DNA of 64,000 nt from Giardia intestinalis (taxonomy: Eukaryota): assembly GCA_000002435.2 (NCBI GenBank), contig CM018790.1. One strand, written 5' to 3'. Positions within the stretch are counted from its first letter, which is position 1, and each line of letters starts with the position of its first letter. A model generated the notes under the pieces. That model saw only the letters and a program-made list of their open reading frames with translations. It had not been told where the DNA came from and ran no database searches. The position numbers and the translations under genes are program-made. Of the stretch, positions 11,701 to 23,700 are shown piece by piece.

Positions 11701-14700
11701 GCAATAAGGAGGATGGCTAAATTGCGAGACGCTATACTAATTAGTGTACTAGTATCTATGACGACACCCAATTTGTGACGCTCGCTAGCTAAAAGGCAGA
11801 GAGTAACTAGCTCAGCTGGTGTAAATAACCGTAAAGAAATGTTTCCAGCATGGCCCAAGGACGACAAGCCATGAATGACCTTAAGAGAGTCTACGTGCTG
11901 CAGATGCGCAAGGGAACTGACCACGAAGAAGGAGTATGTTGGTTCAATCCAGACATGCTCGAGAGACGAGATGTTATAAATGGCGAAGAACTCACGCAAA
12001 TGGGCATCAAGTATATTGCTGGAGATTATGTCTGGGTTCACCCCGTTGTTGACCTTGCAAAACTGCAGGGCCTCCATGAACGTTATTGACTTTAGCGCGA
12101 GTATGGGATTGATCTGTAAGGCCAATAAGAAGACTCCTCGAAGAAGGTAGTATACCATCTGCGACTCTCCGCGACGACCTACATTGCTTATCAAGGATTT
12201 GATGAACTCATCAAATATACTGGACGGTACTTGGGAGGGGGTTAACTTTTCTGTAGAGATGCTCAGCCCCGAAGAAGAGTTTTTGGCAGCCTGTACTACA
12301 TCATCGCTCAAGTCCAGGTTTTGCTGAGTCAAGAACACGTCTACACTCAGAATAATCTTGTATGTTTTTCTATCAAGAGACTCGTCTGCTGATTGTGTCT
12401 GTGTCGTATCATCTATATCAAAAGCAGAATACTTCTCTAGTTGACGCTCTATTTCTAAGCTATCGCGGACCTTTATATCTAGGTGTTGCGCCAGCTTAGT
12501 TTTAGTGATCAATGTAGAAGATGACGACTGCGTCCGGTCCTTGCTTGCAGCGTCCTTTTTCACAGAGCCTAGGGCTGCAGCTATAGCGGCACGTGTACTG
12601 TCATCATTAACCTCCTTGGCACCTGTTGAAGCAGTGCTTTCTTTGTAAACCTGAGTGTCTAGCGTTGCCGGACCAAGGGTGTATTCCATTCCACTAGATG
12701 GAACGCGGAGAAGGAGCTTGATGAGCGCTCTACCGCCGTACAGCTTGTAGCCCCCAAACGAAGCCAGCATAAGAACAATATCTAGTAGAGAGCTGCTAAT
12801 ATCTTGCTTTCGAAGAATTGTGGTAATTATATCCAGCTGTAGCCGGGAGAAGTATTCCAGTGCACTATCTCCATGCTGCTTTCGGAACCCGTGTGGATTG
12901 CGCAGGCTTTGGAGCATCATTAAGACGCTTTTCTCACGCAGCTCTAGATCATATTGAATGGTTAGGTGCACGGTGAAAATTCTGTTGGCCAAGCCTGGTG
13001 AACACCTTGTCACTACATACTTGGTGAAGGCGTGAATATACGCCTTGAAGACTTCACTACTACTCTGTCTTAATCCTAGAGATGTCTGGGAGCTTATTTT
13101 CACGCCTCTGAAAGCTTTTAATCCGAGAAGAATCTTTAGCTTCTTCCGCATTTCTATGTAGCCCCGCATCTGCACACACAGAGATGGCACAACGCAGCTC
13201 TCCTCAAACTTTGTTAAGGACGGATCTGTTGCGGTTTTTTGTGACTGTTTTTCTGGTTTGGGGCCATCTACTCGTAAAATTGCTGGAGGCTGACGAAGGT
13301 GAGGTTTAAAGGAAGAATAGGACCCTGCCACCTCCGAAAGACTTTGATCGTTGCTTGCTTCAGATGTATCACAGGTACCATCTATGACTGTGTCACTGTC
13401 AGACGCTTCTGAGTCTTCCAGGATCTGCGAGTTTTCGCGCGCAATTCGAAGAGTTTCGGTTTCCCATGACAGCTCCATTTGTAACTTTGTTACCCCGCAG
13501 AGTTCTAATAGCTTATTAGCCTTTGCAAAAGCAGCCGTATCAGAGCTAGTAAGAATACCCCAGGGACCGATTGGACTCAGCTTGCCCATAGCGAGTGATC
13601 CACGTAGGGCATCTATAATGTTGATTATGGTTGGGGCTGTGATTTCAGAAATGAAACGAAGCGCCAAGAAGACAGAAGACGCAGTAAAAAGCCGCATTTG
13701 GATGTCCTGGACTTGATCTGTGGAGAAAATGCTGAGCCGTTTCATCTCTGCAAGCAGGCGAAGAAGGCTTACAGGTATTTGATCTTTTACGAGCAAGAGA
13801 CCGTCAATGAGTTGCTTGATCCATGTGGCAGAAAGCTCATTTAATGAAGTTATGGCTTGATCTGTGGTCAAGTTGAATCCAGGAGCTATCTTCGTAGTTT
13901 CATTAGCACTAGCTTCTTCTTGGCAATTTAATCCGGGATACACTCTAGTAAGTATGGAGGAGATGTCGAGATATCGTCTTTGGTTTAGCAAGAGATCAAT
14001 CAGGAAAGCGCGTCCAGTGTCAGGAACCACTATGTTAATTAGTTGGCTGCACTGGAGTTGCGGTGGATAAAATTCGCTCTCAAAGGTAATAGAAAGGGTT
14101 GGTGCGTCAACGGTTCCTAAGAGGGATTGGTGACTATCGCCCTCTGGAGATATTGATATATTGCCGGGAGAATTGAGAGAGAGAACACGTTCTCCCAGGA
14201 AAAGAGCGACTATATCTAGACCGGCGTGCTTTGTAAGCTCGTCGAGCACACTTTCTTGGGCCTGCTCAAACTTGCCATTGTCTAGAAAAAGAACGGTAAA
14301 GTGCATATGGAGGATCTGTCGGCCTGGAAACCTGAGTTCGTTGCCGTTGGTCAGATACAATTCACGGGCTGCATCTGCCAAAAAGATCTTATTTTCCTCA
14401 CAACTGCTGGGTAGGTAGAGCTGCATCACAGAATATTCATGGATGAGAGCATGTGCAGCTTGAATCAGCGTTGTCTTTCCAGAATAACGAGGACCGAGCA
14501 GGTGGACGGAGACACCGCCCAGAATGCAGATTGCAATGAAGAAAATAAGCTGAGAGCGAAGCATGTCAAAGTGTAGAGCAAGCTTGTGTACAGATGTCGG
14601 CTTCAGATAGTTGTCCGTCTGAGAGCTGGTCATCAAACTCTGGCCAAACTTGTAAGGAAGAAACTTTAGATAAGTGTAGTGGTTTGTCTGCTCTTTTATA

Positions 14701-17700
14701 GCTGAAGATGTGCGAGAGGATTGCTTAGCAAGAGGGCCTGTCGTCAACGGAGGAACTACAGCCCCGGCACTTGCATTGCCATCACGTTTGTGCTTTGCTG
14801 ACTTCAGTATAGGGTTTGTTGATCGCTTGTTAGGCATATTTCCATGTGCCCTGTTTGCAGAGGTGTACTGCATGTATGATCCTTTCTCAGTTACAACCGC
14901 CAAGTATGCATACTTATGTTGCTCGTAAGGATACTCTGGCGGTAGCGTCTCTTCAATGTGCGTAAGACACACCTCCAGGCTCTTCTGAAGAAGCTTGTCA
15001 TTAGAGAACCTACTGAGAAGAAGGGGGATGGTATGCTTGCTGTGAAAGCTAAGGTACTTCATCCAGAGTTTAGAGAGCCTGTGCACTTTCCCTCTTATGT
15101 ACTGAACGTATGCCAAAGACACGCTAGTCCAGACAGCAGCGAAGACAGGACATAGGAGATTGAAACATGCCTGCTCATAAGATTCGGCCCTATAAACATA
15201 CTCTATAAGGAACTCATCCGACAGAGAAATATCAAAGAAGGTAAATCGGCGCTCTCCAAACATGGCCAAAGCGCTGGAGAATGAGCCAATATGCTCGGCA
15301 CACCAAACATGCGACAGATTGATCGTTGTATGTGCCGAAAACTGAAGCTCAGCCTCTGGTTTTAGACTATTCATCAGATCCATGTTGGTCCCTTTTGGAG
15401 TCTTTGAAGGGTCTGTTTGCGTAGTTGGGCTCTTCATGCTAGGTGTCCTTGGGATAATGGTAAGGTCATGTCGTGTGGATAACGAGGATAAGGAAGGATT
15501 GATCAGGTTGGTTAATCGCGCAGTTCTGTTAGTATTGCAGCTGGCGACAGTACCTGCATCTCCACGTCTTGAACTGATGCCTCCGAGGCCCTTGCTTGAC
15601 GGGCTTTGAAGGGCTGGCGGTTTGCTTTGAGTAGTAATAGAAGACTGGTGCTGAGGCTTACGTGTTAGCTGCTGATTGGTAGCCACCAATCGTTCTGCTA
15701 GTTGCTCTGCTGTGAACGAGCGCACATCTGGGGGCTTGAACACACATACCTTGCAGCAAACAAGATAGTAGTAGAATGTGCTGCGAAGGATCCTCCAGCC
15801 CCGCAGGTCTGGCGCCATCGAAAAGACCGCTGTTGCTTGGTCGAAATAATGTAATACTAAGATATAGAACAAACTGCTAATAAATCGTAGTCGTCGCAGG
15901 CCCATCTGCAGGGCCGACGCCTCATCTGTACACGGTGGTGTGCACATCTTACGGAAGTACTCCTTTGCCGTGTCTAGGTTTTCAATATTGTCTATGGTGC
16001 ATTGAGTCATCTTTTCGTGAATATAGTCAAGCATGTGATTGGCAGTAGCAGAAGATAGCTTAAAAGAGTTTAGCACAAGCAATTTAATAAGGGCCTCTGT
16101 ACGCATGACGGACGAGTCTATGACGATTCGGTGAGGGATCAACCCCATTGGTGTGGCCAACATTTTGTCCTCCAAAAATGATCCTGTGGTGATAACTAGA
16201 ACCTTAGGGCGTCCATACTTACTGACAAGAGAGTCTCCAGTGTGAGAAGCATTGAACATTGCCGACAACTCGCAATCTAGCTCTACTCCATTCGTCATCG
16301 AGAGGTGTGGTACTGGGTTCATAAACGCTAACAAGGCGCCATACAGGCTCGGTCCCAGATTCCCTGTTGTATCATTGATAAGAAGAACAACAAGAGCAGA
16401 TGACCCCAAACGGCGAATAGTATCACTGTGGTGATGTAAGTCGTTGATGGAATGGACAAAGAAGGGCTGCAAGCGTCCAAATTTGGAGAGTATTGTTGCA
16501 TAACACTCTAGCACTTGTACGCTCTGATTGTTTGAGAAAAGGGCGCAAGGTCCTAATTGTAGAAACTCCAGGCAGACGAGAAGCAGATCTGTGCCCAGAG
16601 GACCTATTATATTGACCTGCTCTGATGCTGCCTCGCAGAACTGTACATACTGTGATGATAATGTTTGCTTGATGCAAGCCCAGATGTTCTGGCTCAATGA
16701 GGCAGTTGGGCTTCTGGTATAATTTATCTTAAAAGTGTCTGCTTCAGCCTGAACATTAGTAAGTTGGTTATCTTCCTGCTCACTATCATGCTGCTTATCT
16801 TGCTTCTGCGCGGTACTGTGGTCTGCTGAAGTATCATATACATGTGACCGAGATGCAGGTATATCACGCGCTAGAGCCTTCTTGAGGACGGGTTCTTCAG
16901 TACTAAGATTAAGTAACTTGTTTAGGCTAGCGACTATCTTGTGAATGTGGCTGACTTGAGCACTTGTGAGTCGAAAGGCAAAGGCAACTACCTTGATAAG
17001 AAAATCCCTTATTGAGAGGGAATAGACCTGTCCAATCAGCAAAAGAGCAGTAGTAATGGCCACACTGAAAGTGTTTGTCGTGTCACGAGCTCGTTTATAT
17101 ATGATATCAATATCGTCTGGATACAGTTTTGGACACGCGCTCTGCATGGCATTGAGAAGGAGAGATATCTCATAGAAGGACTCTGCGTGAGCTTCCCCCT
17201 TCTTCTTAAAGAGGTGGTAAAGAACGTGGTTGCTTGGGATAGGCATCAAGACCTCAGCGTTAGGAAGACACTTGAAGGTAGTCCGCACAAGTGTAGGGTC
17301 AAAGTGTACAATTCCGAGAAAATCCGTAAGAATGGCCCCATACAGCTGCGCCATAATCTTACAGCGGGGCTTTCCTTCCGGTAAGTCACCGCGTTCATTA
17401 GTCAACCGCGTACCTGGGGGCTGCCTGCTGCCAGTTGGTAAAGACACGGAAAGATTGCAAAGAGCCCCTGTAAGGAGGGTGTTCAATTTGGTGGCAGAAG
17501 TGGCCAAACTAGAACCAAAACTGTCAAGAAAAGCTTCTATTTTTGCCTGGTTGAATAGGCTATTCATATTACGACCAGTTGTCGAGAGGCTAATCGATCC
17601 ATCTTCATGATATATGAGTTCAGGAAGGATGATGACGATGTACCCTGTGAACATGCATGTTGAAAAGTCATTCAGAGCAAGCTCTCCTGGTACCGATCCA

Positions 17701-20700
17701 CCGCTCTGGTACTTGACAATCGGAAAGCTCCCCCGAGCAAGGTATATGGTGTTGAAGCAGTCAATCAAGCGCGCATGGTGCTCTGTTGATAAAAACTCCA
17801 GGCCATGCAGGTAGACCCCGTATCCAGCCATGAAATAGGAGATAATCTGAAGAATTATAAGGTTCGCTGGGGAATAACTGGTCAGCGAGAGAAAGATGTG
17901 CCGCGTACAGAGTAATCGACTGGTGTATTGTGCTATGATCTTAGTATCTAGAAGGTTGTATCCACGCAGCTTGTCAGAGTAGATGAATATAGGCTTGCGC
18001 TGAACAAACCCCACTATTATCTTAGCAACGACGGCTAGCTGCTTATAGTTAAGCGGCAAAGAATCCAAGATAGTCGCCTTTCCCAGATAGTGTGGGCCCA
18101 GATTGACCATGGATGACCCCACAAAGAGCTTGCAATCCTGTGTAAATGTTATAGACCCTGTAGTCCTGTGAGAATCCACGGAGACCTTTTCTTCTGAATC
18201 TCTTGCTCTAGAAGCACTGGCGGCAGAGTTAACAATATTGACTGCTGCCTTTCCAAAGCCCCGTGTCGCACACCGAAGAGTGGCATCCTCTGCAGTCATC
18301 ATTACCCTTGTCGGAGGAGCAGAAGACATCTGGGATGGTTTGATGAATGCATCTGTAGTGTCGTCTCTTAGCACGGAGGAAGAAATGAACCCATAAGCAA
18401 GGCTACTTAAAATCTTATTTGTCTCCACATTAAGACTGCATCCAGCGCTCGTTAGTATGGACCGATGTATTTTTGAGTGATGGATCTGCACAAAGATCTC
18501 TCGAAGTTTGGAAATTGTTTCCATCGATAACGCCTTTGCAAAGTCCGGCTGTGAGATGGCCTCAATCCTTATACTCTTTGCCTTCTTGCGAGATCCCTTT
18601 AACGCAGCAATCTCTGCATCTGCATAGTGGTCATTATAGTATTCTATTGTTTGGTGTATAATGAGGTTTAAAAGCTGATCGTATTCGAAGACACGGGCAG
18701 CAATTGCCTTGAAGCAAAGGTATCTTTGACAGCGCCGCTGTTTGTAGTACTGTATTTTGGCAACCTTCTCTACGCTCTTTGCCAATAGCTCATCATCATT
18801 AGACATCGGCCCTGTCAACCCGAAAAGCTCTCGGCGGATGGTATTGATATAAGTCTCGGGTATTTTGTAATCTGACGAAAGCAAGGTATAGTCAACCTTT
18901 TGCTCTAAGCTGTCGTGGAGTTCTGGGCTTACCAAGTGACGCTTTAGCTGCTCGAAAATGGTAAACTTCAAAGTAAAGAAGTGGTCAACATTCCCATCCA
19001 GGTGTAGGCAAAAGACAACAGTCAGTGCATAGATTATGCTCTGGTAGAGACACTGGCAGAGAAGCTCAGAGATCCTGAGAGATATAAGAAGAAGAACCGC
19101 TCGCTTGTGTTCGCGAAGCAGACCCTCTCGATGGAGCCGCATATCATTTAGCATTCCAGAAAGAAGGAAAAGTTCTTGCGGTGCTCTGAGTCCATACTCA
19201 AAATACAGACGCTCAAAACCTGATTCTAAACCAACAATGATGATATCGGAAGGGCTAAGATGAGGAAGCGCGTGCATACTAGACTTCTTATTGAATCCTA
19301 CCTCACAGTAGCTCATATTCCTGGGGTTGCCCAGGAGTACGCGATCAAAGTTAGGGAGCACTGACTGATAGACTGCAGGGCAGTAGTATAGTGTGTTGAG
19401 ATTTTCTTGGAGAGAAAAGATGCTATAGAAGATGGAGGGAATCTTTGGAAGAAGAAGGGCACAGGCCACAGGCTTACCGTTGTAATGAGGAATCATCGGA
19501 ATAGATAACACATGCGTGTATACATTTTCTAGAATGCTACTTAAGTCATGTGTGCAGTGGGCAAGCTGTGTGAATAACTGAGGCTTGCCAGTGATCAACG
19601 CCAGAAACGATCCCGGACCAGGGTTCACACTAGATAGCTTGTTTGCTTCACGGAGGACGTTTAGGGTGTTAAAAATGGTCCGTTTGTAGTCTCCAAAATC
19701 ATTATACAAGCTAAGAAAGGACATATCTTGAACCCCGTTCCTGACAATGGTTAGTCGAGGTAGAATATATAGGAGTTCAGGGAGCAGCATAGAAACCCGA
19801 CTAATAGAGATAAGTGCGCTGCGCAAGAGAAGAAGCTGTACCTCCAGTTGGCGAGCTCTTGCCTGGACTGTATGAGGGTGCTTACGAGAAAGGATGTCAG
19901 CCACGAAAAAAAGGGCCTCCCGAATGACTTTCAGCAACCCCGAGTGTACCTGGATGAAAGGTAGCACAGTTTTGCTTGCGTGCGAGAGCATACTATTAGG
20001 TGTCATGGAGCCTGCAGTGGAGGTCGGGGCACCGGAGGTACTTGCAAGCAAATTTTCCTTTGAGCCCGAACTCCAGTGGGATATTATAATACCAGATGTT
20101 TCAGGTGTTTCTTCCGCAGTTGATAATTCGTCCACATTTAGTTTGAGAGAACTAAGACGTGAAAATGCACGGGCTTTGGGACCTTTTGGCGCATTGGAGG
20201 AAGAACTGGAGGCATTCTGCTTATTCTTATCATCAGGCTCGTTGTTGGGCTGAGCCGACAGAGCCAGACTTAGCTTGCTTCCACGACGACTGGTCCCACG
20301 AGGTGGAACAGCAGATAGCTGAATTGGTGCCGTCTGGGGCTCGTCTAAGTCCTGATTCTGTTGATCCTCTTCTAGAGTAGCCATGGAGTCGGAGTTCTGC
20401 CATTTATTAAACAGTACCCCTAGCTCATTAGACAGATTGATGTGGATAACAAGTTCGCAGGGGAAGATCTGAAGGTTCTGAAGAAAGGTATCGATTTCGG
20501 CCAGCTGCAGAAGCGTCTGTGTGCTCTTTTCCGCTCGAGTAAAGATCATTCTGGCCAAACGAAGTGCATAATCAAAATCAGAAATGTCGAGAAGTTGGGC
20601 ATTTGGAATCAACTTATCTTCTGTGAGGGGAAGCGAAAGTTCCTCAGCCAGCTGTTTGAAGTCAGCAGCCATGAGGGTAGGGGAACTAAGGCAGTGCAAG

Positions 20701-23700
20701 TAGAAAACCTTGGGGCCCAGCGTTAGTAAGTCTGCCTCAGCGGCTTGAATGGTGTCTGCCCAGAGACGAAAAGAGGGATTCTGCTTTCCTATAACGATGG
20801 CCTGAGCGGCTTCAGACAAAAGGGTCATGAAATCTTGAACGTTGGTATCTTTCAGGAGGATTGTTTGCAGATGTAAGTACCGCTGCTTTATGCTATACAG
20901 TGAAGTAATGAGTACAGATGCGGGATGAATGATGGATACAATCTCATTCGGATTGTCCGCCAAATTAAGTGTCACTCCGAGGCAGTCGGCCCAGCGGAGA
21001 GCCACTTGATGGATTTGATGCAGCACGTCGCTTATGTACAGTAGCTCATTGAAAATTTCAAATACGTTATAGAATAGATTCGGACATTCTGCTAGGGAAG
21101 TTGCGTTTTCTTCAGTATCGCATGCGGTTCTTAAATCTGCAATTTTAAGAGGTGCCGAAGATGCTGAGAGAGGGCGTGTGTCGCAAGTGCTTTCTGTTAA
21201 TGCTTGAGCCAGTTCATTAGCAGAGGAACTGGATGGTCCTCCTTCTTGATTAAAAGTTAGTTTGAATAACTCTGCATCATTTATGTCAAGAGTAGACTCG
21301 TCGCTGCTTGTAACGTTACGGATAAGCATAGCTTCGGCTGGGCGAAAGTATTGAGCCATAAATCGACGACTATGGGGGCCAGAATGCAGAGAGTCCTGGA
21401 TAGCAGCTGTGCGAATGGTTGCACGTGTCAATGGTTGTGTCATGCGGAGACGAGACCGCTCAACTGGGGAACGGAGCAGCTGAAACCCTTTAACGTAAGC
21501 CTGGATTGACTCAAGAAATTCCATAACAAGCTCATCTTCTAAAACCTCGAAGTTATCGTCGAGGAAGGATATATTCAAATCTTTTGTAAGGAAGAAAAAG
21601 GACTGCTTGAATTGGCGAGGGTAGAACCGTGCTATGAAGATGTCCCGATAGCTCATCCGCAGTACCTCCTTGCAGTATTCATGTAGCAGTACTGTTGTAT
21701 CAGAGACCCAATCACTTAACTTTAGTAGGTGCCTTGCAAATGTACGTGTGTGAGATTTTATTATGTGCCGTGCAATCTTCTGAAGACCTGTTATCTTAAA
21801 AATTTTAACTAATAGAGCGTGTACATTGAACGATCGGTGGGGAGCATTGTTGAAGTAGTCTAGTGTGACAGCAAACTCAGAATCGTTAGTAGCATCAGAG
21901 GCGGGTGCAGAAGGGTCAACCGCTGCGAAGCAAGAAAGCAGATCTGCAGACAGTGGAGGCAGAACATCGTTAGGAACATTATCTGGTGTATTAGTGCATA
22001 CTTGCTCTGTATGGGGATTACAGTCCGCTCGAATAGATTGCACATCTGTGCCTGAGCCATCTTCTAGTGTGTTATTCTGTACAGGTGCGCTGCTCTCACT
22101 ACTGTATAAAGCCGAAAAGGATCCCCATACACAAGAAGCATCGGGAGCAGGCTTAGCCACTTGAACAGAAAGAAAGTCCAAATACCCGCTTTCTAGAAGA
22201 CGCATTTCCATAAGCAGATCCACCAATACTAGACCTGTTGGTATCCACGACTTTACAAAATTGTCGTAACATTCGAGGCCATTGATCATTAAGGCAAGGT
22301 CATCCGGAGACTTGGGTTCTTTCCCCATGATAGACTCTGTCAAAACGACTATTCGAAAGAGATGCGAAGTAACCGTTCTCACTATGAGATGGGTATGATC
22401 AGCTACAGTCCTGCGAAGGGTACACATGGCCTTGATGACTGCTGCCTTGAACTGCAGGTTGTTAAATCGAATAACCTTATTCCCAATTAGCGAAGGAAGC
22501 GATATAATATGATTGAGAAGAAAATTATCTATTTTAGATGTTAGGATAGTAGCATTGTGAACGAGCTTCATTAGAACCGAGGGCTTCTGATGTAGTAATA
22601 TTTCAACATCGTTGAACGTCAATAGCCGAGGCTGCAAGGAATCGGCACTAGGATCAGTAGTACTTTCTACACCTTCTACACTATATACCACTAATGCGTC
22701 TTCCGAACTGTCTTGGATTTCAGTCTTAAGACTGACTCCTTGGGTCTTTGAAACATCTATAGCGGCAACATCATCTCTGGACAAAAATAGCAAATTATAA
22801 CCACCAATATCTAAATTAAATATAATCTGTGGTGGAAGAGATATTGGTTGCGGGGCTTCGAGGATAGGGCAGGTCTGCTGAAGAACGGTTTTATCTGCAA
22901 GCTTCCGCAACTCTTTAAGCCCAACCTCATCAATAAGAATATCACATGCTAGCCGTATGACGCCAATAAGCGAGTCGAATAGATCTCCAAAAAGTCCTTT
23001 AGTAGGCTCTGAAGCTGGAGACACAGAAATCTTATGATCACACTCCGAGCACATATCTAGAAACGGCTTGCATCCATAGATGTCATCATTAGTCAGGGCT
23101 ACCTTTTGGTAGGATTGGTTTTCGTGATCTAGTTGATATTGGAAGATTGTCTCTACCCACTCAGCAAGAAGAGCCTTTCGGCGAGCCAAGAGCCCAGCAA
23201 TTAACTGGGAGTCTGTCTTGCTAAGTCGTGTATACTCCAACATATCTGTCTCTGAAATAAGCCCAGAATATGCAGAGAAAATCTCCTTAGCCAGATCTAC
23301 ATCGTTTGTAGAACGTGGTCTTTGCTGAGAGACACTAACCATATTGGCACCATGTGCGCCTTTCCAACCTGGAGCACTTATGAACGGCGTCTTCTTGGCC
23401 TGGGCCTCTTGCTGCACTTTCGTGAGTGTGCTTGAGATAATCTTATCTAGTGGTGCACTCCTCAATGGAGCTAAAATCTGTGCCTCAAGCGCCCTATATT
23501 CTTCAAGCACCTTTGTGGAACCCACATCTGCTGATAAGAAGACCAGATCGTCCCTAGGGATAATGCCTCTTGCAACGTAGGTTTTAAAGAACTCCTTGAT
23601 AATTATGTAGAGATAGTTTGAGCTATCGAGTGCACAGAAAAATAGCTCACGGAGAGAATCGATAATTGCCTCAGGAGGCGGATTGGTGTACAATCCCGTT